From assembly GCF_035594765.1 (NCBI RefSeq), contig NW_026943828.1:4741175-4805174 (forward strand): a stretch of 64,000 nucleotides of DNA. The letters run 5' to 3'. Under the pieces are notes generated by a model. The model searched no databases and was not told where the DNA came from. It was given only the letters and a program-made list of their open reading frames with translations. Below, piece by piece: positions 40,296 through 52,740 of this stretch. This stretch comes from Anolis carolinensis (taxonomy: Eukaryota). Position 1 is the stretch's first letter; each line of letters begins with the position of its first letter. Position numbers and translations under genes: made by a program.

Positions 40296-41130
40296 ATTGA
40301 TTCTGGGTGGTCATCTGTCAGGGGTGCTTTGCTTGTGCTTTCGGTGCACAAAGGCAAAGGGGGATTGGACTCAATGGCCCAAAGGTTCTCTTCCAACCCT
40401 CTTATTTATTATTATTGTTATTATTATTATTATTATTGCTCGGTAGCCAACTATAGTCCGGCCCTCCAATGGTCCGAAGGATCGTGAACTGGCCCCCTGT
40501 TTAAAAAGTTTGGGGACCCCTGATTTAGGGCTTTGCAGGTCATGACCTGCACTTTGAATTGGGACTGGAAACTTATTGGCAGCCAATGGAGCTGCTTCAG
40601 GAGAGGCGTAGTACGCTCCCTGTAACTAGCTCCTGTTAACAATCTGGCTGCCGACCTTTGTATCAGCAGCATTTTCTGGGCTGTTTTCAAAGGCAGCCCC
40701 ACGTAGAGTGCATTGCAGTAGTCCAGTCTTGAGGTAACCAATGCGTGGACCACCGTGGCCAAGTCAGACTTCTCGAGGTACGGTCACAGCTGGCGCACAA
40801 GTTTTAATTGTGCAAAGGCCCTCCCAGCCACCGTCGACACCTGAGAATCAAGCGCCAGCGCTGATCCCAGGAGGACCCCCAGACTGTGGACCTGTGTCTT
40901 CAGGGGGAGAACAGGTGGCCACCCTACACCCCGATCCGACGTGCGACTGGCCTGGAGGACCTCTGTCTTGTCAGGATTAAGCTTCAGCTTGTTTGCCCTC
41001 ATGCAGCCCATCACAGCGGCCAGACACTGAGTCAGGACACGGGGGGCTTCCTTGGAGTCTGGTGGAAAAGAGTAGTAGAGTTGAGTGTCATCTGCATAGA
41101 GATGGCACCGAACCCCGAAACCCCGGATGC
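39720..41130 (-). mobile_element. L2-like LINE fragment
   Basis: LKLNPDKTEVL, VHALVTSRLDYCNALY, LHWLPI, RAFSVVAPRLWNSLP. Confidence 0.88.
39983..40522. mobile_element. hAT MITE nested in L2
   Basis: TIRs and perfect TSD ATTTAGGG. Confidence 0.92.
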
Positions 41131-41391
41131 AGGTGATTGCCTATAAAGCCCTATATGCTTCGGATCCAACCTGTCTTCGAGACCGCATCTCCTTTTGGTC
41201 CACCACCATCTCAAATACAAGAGAAAGGGGGGGGGGTTGCGTAGGTGGCTCTAAAGAAATCAGATTAGCCCCACACTTCAAGTCTTTTGGGTGAGTTTAA
41301 AACATGGCTCTTCAGACAGTCCTTTGATCCTGAGCAATCTCTGGTCAGCTTGATGAACCACTGCTCCGCAGTTGGATGGTTACGGCAGATA

Positions 41392-41782
41392 CCCTGTTTC
41401 CCTGAAAATAAGACATCCTCGGAAAATAAGACCTAGTAGAGGTTTTGCTGAATTGCTAAATATAAGACCTCCCCCAAAAGTAAGACCTAGCAAAGTTTTT
41501 GTTTGGAAGCATGCCCGGCACCAAACAGAACACCAGAGCATGCAGGATTGGTAAATGTACATACCAGTTGTACATGGAAATAATGGTAGTAACAAGAAAT
41601 TCTTTATAGGATTCACAGTTTGTCTGATTATGTTGGTTTGTGATGACAAGTACTGTACACTACAGTATATAATAAATATTCTTTTTTTTTTGTTCAACAA
41701 TAAATGTGAATTCTTTTTCATGTAAAAATAAGACATCCCCTGAAAATAAGACCTAGCACATCTTATTTTCGGGGAAACACGG
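41392..41782. mobile_element. Tc1/mariner-pogo-type MITE
   Basis: Same TIRs as 34500-34914, TA flanks. Confidence 0.88.
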
Positions 41783-42019
41783 TAGCCGGCCTTCTGCAGG
41801 TTCTATTGCGTTTCAGGAATTGTTATAATTTCATACTCTTACAATTTTATTAGTGGGATTTTATACACGCTGTTGATTTCACTTATGCCTTTGTATTTAT
41901 ACTTGTGTATTGTTGTTTAAATGCGGCACGTGGAGTGCTTCTGTGGGCTGCCCCGAGTCCCTTAGGAGAGATGGTGGCAGGGTACAAATAAAGATTTATC
42001 ATCATCATCATCATCATCA

Positions 42020-43190
42020 CATCAATTGCTCCACTATGATGGTATGGGATACAATGAAAGCAGTAGCCAGAGGAATTTTAATGAAGAACAACGTAATTTA
42101 AAGAAAATAACAAGAAAAAAGATTAGAATTGGATATTAAGGAATTAGAGATGAAAAGGATAAACAAAGCTATATAAAAGCATTAGCAATGAGAAAACAGC
42201 TAGCAAAACATGAGTTAGAAAGGACTCAAAGAAATTTGAAGTTTTTAAATAGAGAATACTTTGAATACAGTAATACATAAACTTTAGATTATTAGCCAAA
42301 GCAGCACACGTGAGAAAGGGAAGAAAATAATAACATCCATTAAAGACAAGGAAGGAAAGAATCATACAAGAATGGAAGACAAAATATTAGCTTTTCCAAG
42401 ATCTTGCCAAGAACTATACTCGGGAAAAGAAAACTCCAAAAGTAAAATAGAGGAATATATTGAAAAATATTGGAAAAATAAAGATCTAGGAAACAGATAC
42501 ATTAGTTATGGAACAATTAATTCCAGAAAAAGAGACTGGAAAAATTATAGATAATTTAAAAGCCGGGAAGACTCCAGAAATGGATGGGCTGGGACCGGAA
42601 TATTATAGAAAAATTAAAACCATATTAATACCTAAATTAAAAGAATGATATAATAATAACAGGAGAGAAGATCCCACCATCTCGGGAACAGTCTCTGATT
42701 ATGTTAATTTTGAAACCTAACAAGGACCCAACAGAACCCGGATCACATAGACCCATTTAGTTAATAAATCAAGATGCTAAAATTTCAACAGCAATTATGG
42801 CAAAAAGAATGAATGAATTTATATTTAAGTATATCAATGAAGATCAATGTGGTTTCATAGCAGGGAGACAAATGTCAGTTTAATGGGTAGGGTTCTAAAT
42901 ATACTTCATAAATTATTTAATTATCAGGAAAAGAAATTTTAAAAATGAGTCTTTAATTAATTTTCCCCCTCCTGTTAAATATTTACTCAATTAAATATTT
43001 GGGAATAAATGTAGCAAAAATTAAAAGTTATAGAGACTAATAATTTTATTAAATGAAGAAAGGAAATAAATATAAAAAATTTAGAATATGCTAAAATCAA
43101 ATTATCGTGGTTTGGAAGGATAGCATTGATACAAAGTAAAGGAAAGTCTGAAAAGAATTGGTATAATGAACAGAGTAACTCCCTTATATA
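42020..43190 (+). mobile_element. Decayed L1-like ORF2 fragment
   Basis: WDTMKAVARG, P.MDGLGPEYY, HRPI*LINQDAKI, DQCGFIAGR motifs with stops. Confidence 0.75.
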
Positions 43191-43195
43191 AATAC

Positions 43196-43696
43196 TAGCT
43201 GTGCCCGGCCACGCGTTGCTGTGGCAAAGTGGTGGTGGTATTGGTTAAAAGTTCTTGTGGAATTTTTATTTGACGTTATTTGTATTTTTTAAATTAATTT
43301 TATTGTAACTTATCTTTTTTATTTATTATATTTTATTATTTTGTTGTATTATTTTTAGTTTTTTTGTTATAGTATTTTCTTGTATTAATTTTTTAGTGTT
43401 TTTAATTATTTTATTGTATTATTTGTATTTATTTTATTTTTTATTCTTTTATTAACACTGGGCTGAGTGGGTTGCTAAGAGACCAAGTGGGCGGAGCTTA
43501 GCCTTCTAACTGGCAGCAATTGGATAAAAACAATTATTCCTCTCTCTCTAATTAGGACTTTATTTTTCTTTTCTTTTTGTTGTATCAACCTAGAGGCATG
43601 GATGAGGGGTTGTGATGTCAATTTTCGAGGTTGTGGGGTGTTTACTTTTGTTGTTTTGTCCGCTGCCGTGATGCCATCACTCTTTTATATATATAG
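43196..43696 (-). mobile_element. Helitron family A monomer
   Basis: TC...hairpin-CTAG termini on the minus strand. Confidence 0.85.
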
Positions 43697-44089
43697 ATAA
43701 ACTTTATACCTAAACTTTATTGGCCATGCCATACTGTTGCACTGGACCCGCCTGGCACCTTCTAGTTGAACCCCAACACTGAACCCTTGGCCACTGTCTC
43801 CTGGCCTGCTTGTGAAGTATCTTGTCATTGGTTCCTAAGCCTGTGGTTCATTGATTGATTGGCACTATACTTATGCTTATGATTGTATTACGTTTTGTTG
43901 TTGCCTGGTTTTAAGTTGTGGTATGGTGTCCTTATTGGAAACTGCCCTGAGTCCCTTGAGGAGATAAATAGGGCGGTATATGAACAAAGTTTTATTATTG
44001 TTGTTATTATTCATTTGTACCCTGCCACCATCTCCCCGAAGGGACTCGGAGCGGTTCACAAAAGCACACAATTGTGCAGAACACACAGT

Positions 44090-44295
44090 AAGGTCAGGAT
44101 TTTCCCGTGACATGAAGTCCAGTCCTGCCCGACTCTGGGGTTGGGGCTCATCTCCATTTCTAAGACAAAGAGCCGGCATTGTCCGTAGACACCTCCTAGG
44201 TCATGTGGCCACTGGCATGACTGCATGGAGAGCTGTTACCTTCCCGCAGAAGAGGTACCTATTGATCTACTCGCATTTGCATGTTCTCGGACTGC
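44090..44295 (-). mobile_element. Sauria-SINE-like 3' portion
   Basis: Reverse complement of the SINE body seen at 5460-5650. Confidence 0.7.
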
Positions 44296-44705
44296 TTATT
44301 AATTTATTTCATGTCAAAAGCATTGCATAATAAATAAGTTTAAAAGTGATAAAATAAAGGAATCACAAGTAGCTAAGTAGTTTCGAATAATAATAACAAC
44401 AACTTTATTCCCACCACAATCTCTCTCCCCGAAGGGACTCAGGGCAGCTTGCATGGAGACCAAGCCCAGCATAAATAAGGACTCCAGGTCACTTTTATGA
44501 GAGTCCTCAGATGTTTTTTCAAACCATGTTTTATTTGTAATGTGATTTACTATGTTTTATAGATATATAGGGCTATGTCTGTTTTTATTGTTGCTTTTAT
44601 TGTTGCTTTTATTGTTTTTATTGCTATTTTAAAGCCAAAAGTGTATTGTTTTAATCTATTTTTGTAAACCGCTCCGAGCCAAACCGGGAGTAGCGGTATA
44701 TAAGT

Positions 44706-44738
<33 letters not shown>

Positions 44739-45305
44739 GATCTGTTTTGTATTTATTGGTTTTATTACAATGTTTGTACCATTTGGGCTTGGGCCCGTGT
44801 AAGCTGCCCCGAGTCCCTTCTGGGAAATGGAGGCGGGGTATAAAAATAAAGTTGTTGTTGTTGTTGTTATTATTATTATTATTATTATTAAAACACAATT
44901 AAAAACATATAACAAATAAACAATACAATGAGAACAACTGAAACAAGAAAAAGAAAACATAAAACTACATAATCGCTTCCCTCTGGTTTTCCTCTTCATG
45001 TTCCCTGTCCTCTTGGCACAAGTGTCCTTGATGGGAGTTGTAGTTCACCTGCATCCAGCAATACTGGGACCCCCACTGACCATGGACTGGGACCAGACTT
45101 GGCCCAGAGAAGCCCCATCACCCACTGAACAGTCTGCAGGGATTTAGGGGAACGGACCTTGGTTCTGGGAGTTGTAGTTCACCTGTAGCCGAGAGCGCTG
45201 AACCCAGCTGAGGTCAGATCTGGACCAGACTTGGCCCAGAGACCCAATATGGCCAGCTGTGCATGCAGGCCTGGTTTCATAATAATTATAATAATTATAA
45301 TAATT

Positions 45306-45640
45306 AGCCCAGGAGCAAGCCATCAGAACAAATGCAATTAAGGCCAAGATCCAAAAATCAGCTGATGACCCAAAATGCAGACTGTGCAAGGAAGCTGACG
45401 AAACCATGGATCATATCCTCAGCTGCTGTAAGAAAATCGCACAGACAGACTACAAATAGAGGCACAACTATGTGGCCCAAATGATTCATTGGAACTTATG
45501 TCTCAAGTACCACCTGCCAGCAGCAAAGAACTGGTGGGATCACAAACCAGCAAAGGTCGTGGAAAATGAGCACGCAAAGATACTGTGGGACTTCCGAATC
45601 CAGACTGACAAAGTTCTGAGACACAACACACCAGACATCC
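45306..45640 (+). mobile_element. R4/Dong-clade non-LTR retrotransposon fragment
   Basis: CRLC...HILSCC zinc knuckle, RHN, ILWDFRIQTD...NTPDI (start of restriction-like endonuclease); preceded by TAA-rich repeats. Confidence 0.8.
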
Positions 45641-46020
45641 TGGGAGTTGTAGTCCTCCCTCCCTCCCTCCGCCAGCCAAGGACGGGCCTGGCCCACACTC
45701 CCGCCATCAACCGGGCCCCTCCGCCTCCCCCCCGGGCACCCCAGGCGAGCCCCCTCCCTCTCCTCACAGACCTCTCTCTCTGTCGGTCTCTTCCTTCTCT
45801 GCGCCATCCGCCGCCTTCCTTCCCGCCTCACAGACACAGACCAGGCCTCAGGCCAGGCCAGGCGCCGCCATCTTCTCCTTCGTCTTCCTCCTTCCCCGGA
45901 GCCCGCCCCCGCCCCTCCCATTGGCTGAGCCCAGGACGCCCCGCCCACCGGAGGCCCCCCATTGGCTGCCTGCCGCTCCCCCTCCTTTGATGGACGGGCG
46001 GCAGGGCGGGGCTCCTGAGC
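45637..46020 (-). promoter_or_regulatory. GC-rich promoter cassette copy 3 (candidate promoter for the ZNF at 31.6-29.5 kb)
   Basis: Two CCAAT boxes, GC boxes, YY1 motif 45874-45864, GACTACAACTCCCAGG 45654-45639. Confidence 0.7.
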
Positions 46021-46242
46021 AGAGTTGCCCAACGTCACACCCTTGAAGTCCTGACGGAGTTTCTGGGGGAGAACCGGGCATGATGGGAGTTGTAGTTCAT
46101 CCCATTCCTTATGCCTTTTGGACAATAATAAAAACACTGACTTGCTCAAATAACCTGAGCAACGCCGAGTTGTTATTATAATAATATTATTAATAATAAT
46201 ACTTTTAAAAAATGTTATTATATAATATTATTATCAAATATA

Positions 46243-46508
46243 GGAGCCTCCGATGGCCTAGGGGGATAAAAGACTTGAAGGCTGGGCTGCTGACCTGAAG
46301 GCTGCCAGGTTCGAATCCCACCCGGGGAGAGCGTGGGTGAGCTCCCTCTGTCAGCTCCAGCTCCACGCGGGGACAGGAGAGAAGCCTCCCGCAAGGACGG
46401 TAAAACATCAAGACATCCGGGCAACGTCCCCTGGGCAACGTCCTTGCAGACGGCCAATTCTCTCACTCCAGAAGCAACTCCGGTTGCTCCTGACACGGAA
46501 AAAAAAAA
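46243..46508 (+). mobile_element. tRNA-derived SINE (Anolis SINE2-like), full length
   Basis: B box GGTTCGAATCCC, A-tail; 5'-truncated copy at 51883-51707 (-). Confidence 0.8.
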
Positions 46509-47424
46509 CTTGGTCTCCTAGCAACCTCCTCAGCCCAGGGGACAGGCAGATTTAGGCCTCACTTAGGCCTCTTCCACAGATTATCTAATTATCTAATCCT
46601 CTGTTTTCTCAGGGCCACAGACAGTAGAAGCACATAAAATATCGCAAACAACACCACTCTGAAAACAAGGGAATTCCACACAGGAAACAATCAGGGCCAG
46701 CTAACACCTCCCAACAAAGTATTCCCATCATCAAAGTCTGGCAAATCCTGTTTTCTCAGGGCCACAGACAGTAGAAGCATATAAAATATCGCAAACAACA
46801 TCACTCTGAAAACAAGGGTATTCCAGACAGGAAACAATCAGGGTCAGCTAACACCTCCCAACAAAAAATTCACTCAGGGAGGAAACAGCCAGGCTTTAAA
46901 GCTGCAAGGCCATTACATCCTAATCATTTTTCCTAATTGCAGCATTCATACTTGCCTCCAACAAACAAAAAAAACCATTCAGAAATACTGTATATTCACA
47001 ACCTTTAGGAAATAATATCCCCTGATGGCGCAGCGTGTTAAAGCGCTGAGCTGCTGAACTTCTGGACCGAAAGGCCACAGGTTTGAATTGGGGGAGCGGA
47101 GAGAGCCCCCACTGTTAGCCCCAGCTTCTGCCAACCCAGAAGTTCGAAAACATGCAAATGTGAGTGCATCAATAGGTACTGCTCCGGCGGGAAGGTAACA
47201 CCGCTCCATGTAGTCATCCCACATGACCTTGGAGGAGTCTACGGACAACGCCGGCTCTTCGGCTTAGAAATGGAGATGAGCACCAACCCCCAGAGTCAGA
47301 CACGACTGGACTTAATGTCTGGGGAAAACCTTTACCCTTGACCTTAACTACCACCAATTCCTCAATACTTTATTTCCCAGACCACCAGACTTCACCACAG
47401 CAACGCGTGGCCGGGCACAGCTAG
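46509..47424 (+). mobile_element. Helitron family A long form, 3' part
   Basis: Matches 3650-5744 with a deletion; hairpin-CTAG|T end. Confidence 0.85.
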
Positions 47425-47436
47425 TAAGAATAATAG

Positions 47437-47439
<3 letters not shown>

Positions 47440-47496
<57 letters not shown>

Positions 47497-47530
47497 ATCA
47501 CACAGTCCTGTCTATCTTGTTTGCTGTGTC

Positions 47531-47591
<61 letters not shown>

Positions 47592-47735
47592 ATCACACAG
47601 TCCTAGACACTTGGGAAGTGTTCGACTTGTGATTTTGTGATACGAAATCCAGCATGTCTATCTTGTTTGCTGTGTCATAATAATAATAATAATAATAATA
47701 CATCACACAGTCCTGTCTATCTTGTTTGCTGTGTC

Positions 47736-47778
<43 letters not shown>

Positions 47779-47863
47779 ATCACACAGTCCTAGACACTTG
47801 GGAAGTGTTCGACTTGGGATTTTGTGACACGAAATCCAGCATGTCTATCTTGTTTGCTGTGTC

Positions 47864-47909
<46 letters not shown>

Positions 47910-47995
47910 ATCACACAGTCCTTAGACACTTGGGAAGTGTTCGACTTGTGATTTTGTGACACGAAATCCAGCATGTCTATCTTGTTTGCTGTGTC

Positions 47996-48032
<37 letters not shown>

Positions 48033-48117
48033 ATCACACAGTCCTAGACACTTGGGAAGAGTTCGACTTGTGATTTTGTGACACTAAATCCAGCATGTCT
48101 ATCTTGTTTGCTGTGTC

Positions 48118-48156
<39 letters not shown>

Positions 48157-48193
48157 TACATCACACAGTCCTGTCTATCTTGTTTGCTGTGTC

Positions 48194-48251
<58 letters not shown>

Positions 48252-48336
48252 ATCACACAGTCCTAGACACTTGGGAAGTGTTCGACTTGTGATTTTGTGA
48301 CACGAAATCCAGCATGTCTATCTTGTTTGCTGTGAC

Positions 48337-48385
<49 letters not shown>

Positions 48386-48470
48386 ATCACACAGTCCTAG
48401 ACACTTGGGAAGTGTTCGACTTGTAATTTTGTGACACGAAATCCAGCATGTCTATCTTGTTTGCTGTGTC

Positions 48471-48504
<34 letters not shown>

Positions 48505-48589
48505 ATCACACAGTCCTAGACACTTGGGAAGAGTTCGACTTGTGATTTTGTGACACTAAATCCAGCATGTCTATCTTGTTTGCTGTGTC

Positions 48590-48623
<34 letters not shown>

Positions 48624-48715
48624 ATCACGCAGTCCTAGACACTTGGGAAGAGTTCGACTTGTGATTTTGTGACACTAAATCCAGCATGTCTATCTTGTTT
48701 GCTGTGTCATAATAA

Positions 48716-48753
<38 letters not shown>

Positions 48754-48844
48754 ATCACACAGTCCTAGACACTTGGGAAGTGTTCGACTTGGGATTTTGT
48801 GACACGAAATCCAGCATGTCTATCTTGTTTGCTGTGTCATCATC

Positions 48845-48890
<46 letters not shown>

Positions 48891-48975
48891 ATCACGCAGT
48901 CCTAGACACTTGGGAAGAGTTCGACTTGGGATTTTGTGACACTAAATCCAGCATGTCTATCTTGTTTGCTGTGTC

Positions 48976-49018
<43 letters not shown>

Positions 49019-49103
49019 ATCACACAGTCCTAGACACTTGGGAAGTGTTCGACTTGGGATTTTGTGATACGAAATCCAGCATGTCTATCTTGTTTGCTGT
49101 GAC

Positions 49104-49146
<43 letters not shown>

Positions 49147-49292
49147 ATCACACAGTCCTAGACACTTGGGAAGTGTTCGACTTGGGATTTTGTGACACGA
49201 AATCCAGCATGTCTATCTTGTTTGCTGTGACATAATAATAATAATAATAATAATATACATCACACAGTCCTGTCTATCTTGTTTGCTGTGAC

Positions 49293-49344
<52 letters not shown>

Positions 49345-49436
49345 ATCACACAGTCCTAGACACTTGGGAAGAGTTCGACTTGTGATTTTGTGACACTAAA
49401 TCCAGCATGTCTATCTTGTTTGCTGTGTCATAATAA

Positions 49437-49471
<35 letters not shown>

Positions 49472-49560
49472 ATCACACAGTCCTAGACACTTGGGAAGTG
49501 TTCGACTTGGGATTTTGTGATACGAAATCCAGCATGTCTATCTTGTTTGCTGTGTCGTAA

Positions 49561-49600
<40 letters not shown>
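47440..49600 (+). repeat. Array of about 18 units of an ~88-bp (or ~37-bp deleted) module alternating with (TAA)n
   Basis: ACATCACACAGTCCTAGACACTTGGGAAG...CTTGTTTGCTGTGTCA repeated between TAA tracts. Confidence 0.95.
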
Positions 49601-49604
<4 letters not shown>

Positions 49605-49619
49605 CACTAATAATAATAG

Positions 49620-50290
49620 ATGTCTGTTTCCATCCCTCTCGGGACCCAAAGCGGCTGAGAAGGTCTGAACATGAGGGAAACAAGAGAGCAGGTGGATCCT
49701 AGAGAGACAACGGGGCGGACAGAGGAAGGGACCCCACTGGGGAGACCTCCAAGCCCGTGAGGCGTCCCGTGGAGACCCGTCTTGGGCGGAGAGGATTCTG
49801 GGAGTTGTAGTCCCCCCTCCTTCCCTCACAGCCCGAGGCAGGCCGGGCCCTCCGCCTCCCCCCCGGGCACCCCAGCGAGAGAGCGAGCGAGCCTCCCTCC
49901 CTGCCTGCCTCCCTCTCCCCACAGACCTCTCTCTCTCTCTCTCTCTCTCGGCCTCTCCGTCCTCTTCCCTCCGCCGCCTTCCTTCCCGCCTCACGAACAC
50001 AGACCAGGCCTGAGGCGAGCCGGCCGCCATCTTCTCCTTCGTCCTCCTTCCTCGGAGCCCGGCCTCGCCCCTCCCTCCCTCCCATTGGCTGAGCCCGGGA
50101 TGCCCCGCCCACCGAGGCCCCCCATTGGCTGCGTCCCGCTCAGCCCTCCTTTGACTGACGGGCCTTGTGTGGGCCTATTGAGGCCTGTGAAGCCACGGAC
50201 TGGGAGTTGTAGTTCGCCCTCAACCGGGGACACTGGGACCCCCACCCAGGATGGGCCCGGACCGCCCTCGGCACACGGAGCCCCCAAGGT
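49620..50290 (-). promoter_or_regulatory. GC-rich promoter cassette copy 4
   Basis: Two CCAAT boxes, YY1 motif 50033-50023, ACTACAACTCCCAG at ~49800 and ~50200. Confidence 0.7.
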
Positions 50291-50357
50291 TGCATTTACG
50301 TTGCATTTCCTTTATCTTTCAATGTTTTTTATTTTATTAATGGAATTTATCCCATTT

Positions 50358-51290
50358 TGTTGTCGAAGGCTTTCATGGCCGGGATCACAGGGTTGTTGTA
50401 TGTCTTCCGGGCTGTGTGGCCATGTTCCAGAAGCATTCTCTCCTGACGTTTCGCCCACATCTATGGCAGGCATCCTCACAAACCTCTGAGGATGCCTGCC
50501 ATAGATGGGGGCGAAACGTCAGGAGAGAATGCTTCTGGAACATGGACATATATTCCTCACAACCTCTGAGGATGCCTGCCATAGATGTGGGCGAAACGTC
50601 AGGAGAGAATGCTTCTGGGACATGGACATATATTCCTCACAACCTCTGAGGATGCCTGCCATAGATGTGGGCGAAACGTCAGGAGAGAATGCTTCTGGAA
50701 CATGGACATATATTCCTCACAACCTCTGAGGATGCCTGCCATAGATGTGGGCGAAACGTCAGGAGAGAATGCTTCTGGAACATGGACATATATTCCTCAC
50801 AACCTCTGAGGATGCCTGCCATAGATGTGGGCGAAACGTCAGGAGAGAATGCTTCTGGAACATGGACATATATTCCTCACAACCTCTGAGGATGCCTGCC
50901 ATAGATGTGGGCGAAACGTCAGGAGAGAATGCTTCTGGAACATGGACATATATTCCTCACAACCTCTGAGGATGCCTGCCATAGATGTGGGCGAAACGTC
51001 AGGAGAGAATGCTTCTGGACATATATTCCTCACAACCCCAGAGGATGCCTGCCATAGATGTGGGCGAAACGTCAGGAGAGAATGCTTCTGGAACATGGAC
51101 ATATATTCCTCACAACCTCTGAGGATGCCTGCCATAGATGTGGGCGAAACGTCAGGAGAGAATGCTTCTGGGACATGGACATATATTCCTCACAACCTCT
51201 GAGGATGCCTGCCATAGATGTGGGCGAAACATCAGGAGAGAATGCTTCTGGAACATGGCCACACAGCCCGGAAGACATACAACAACCCTT
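50358..51290. mobile_element. Penelope-like terminal-repeat remnant (inverted arms) with 80-bp tandem array
   Basis: 50388-50477 is the reverse complement of 51200-51289; ten 80-bp units lie between. Confidence 0.8.
50481..51245 (+). ncRNA. Tandem minimal type I hammerhead ribozyme motifs (10 copies)
   Basis: CCT-CTGAGGA-T-GCCTGC/GTGGGC stem-GAAACGTC-AGG in each unit. Confidence 0.75.
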
Positions 51291-51455
51291 ATCCAATTTT
51301 GTATTTCTCTCTCATTACAACTTAGTTCCTCCTTCCACATTTCTGTCAAGGTATTTTTTATATATATATATATATTGTATCGATTTCCTGTGATTGTTTT
51401 GTAAATGCATCCCACGGTTCCTTGATCTTCATCTACTTTCCATTTTATTATTTTA

Positions 51456-52619
51456 CTAGCTGTTGCTGTGGCAAAGTATGGTGGTATGGGAAATAAAGTA
51501 TTGAGAAATTGGTGGTAGTTAAGGTAAAGATAATCCAGTTCAAAGCAGATAATATAAGATTACAAATGGGTTATATAGCTGTGTGGAAGGGCCTTGAGTC
51601 TACGCTGCCATATAATCCAGTGCAAATTAGATAATCTGTGGAAGAGGCCTAAGTGAGGCCTAAATCTGCCTGTCCCCTGGGCTGAGGAGGTTGCTAGGAG
51701 ACCAAGGTTTTTTTTTCCGTGTCAGGAGCAACCGGAGTTGCTTCTGGAGTGAGAGAATTGGCCGTCTGCAAGGACGTTGCCCAGGGGACGTTGCCCGGAT
51801 GTTTTGATGTTTTTACCATCCTTGTGGGAGGCTTCTCTCGTGTCCCCGCATGGAGCTGGAGCTGATAGAGGGAGCTCATCCACATTGGGCTCCAAGTGGG
51901 TGGAGCTTAGCCTTCAAACTGGCAGCAATTGGATAAAAACTATTATTCCTCTCCCTGTAATTAGGACTCTATTTTTCTTTTCTTTTTTGTTGTATCAACC
52001 TAGAGCCGTGAATGATGGGTTGTGTTGTCAAATTTCGAGGTTGGGGGGGCCTGTAGTTTTGTTGTTTTGTCCGCTGCCCTGATGCCATCACTCTTTTATA
52101 TATAGAGATAGACTAGCTGTGCCCGGCCACGCGTTGCTGTGGCAAAGTGGTGGTGGTATTGGTGAAAAGTTGTTGTGGAATTTTTATTTGACGTTATTTG
52201 TATTTTTAAAATTAATTTTATTGTAACTTATCTTTTTTATTTATTATATTTTATTATTTTGTTGTATTATTTTTAGTTATTTTGTTATAGTATTTTATTG
52301 TATTAATTATTTTAGTGTTTTTTATTATTTTTATTGTATTATTTGTATTTATTTTATTTTTTATTATTTTATTAACACTGGGCTGAATGGGTTGCTAGGA
52401 GACCAAGAGGGCAGAACTTAGCCTTCAAACTGGCAGCAATTGGATAAAAACTATTATTCCTCTCCCTGTAATTAGGACTCTATTTTTCTTTTCTTTTTTG
52501 TTGTATCAACCTAGAGCCGTGAATGATGGGTTGTGTTGTCAAATTTCGAGGTTGGGGGGGCCTGTAGTTTTGTTGTTTTGTCCGCTGCCCTGATGCCATC
52601 ACTCTTTTATATATATAGA
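51456..52619 (-). mobile_element. Two tandem Helitron family A copies, one with a SINE insertion
   Basis: TC/CTAG termini; junction at ~52112. Confidence 0.8.
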
Positions 52620-52740
52620 TAGATTTCCTGTGATTGTTTTGTAAATGTATCCCACGGTTCCTTTATCTTTATCTATTTTCCATTTTATTCTTTTATCAAG
52701 ATCTGTCTCTGGGATTTCCTTGCTCTTCCATTCTCTTAAC

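Noticed and set aside
50481-51245. CRISPR-like appearance of this array and of 47440-49600
   Set aside because: Eukaryotic context, no unique spacers, no cas genes
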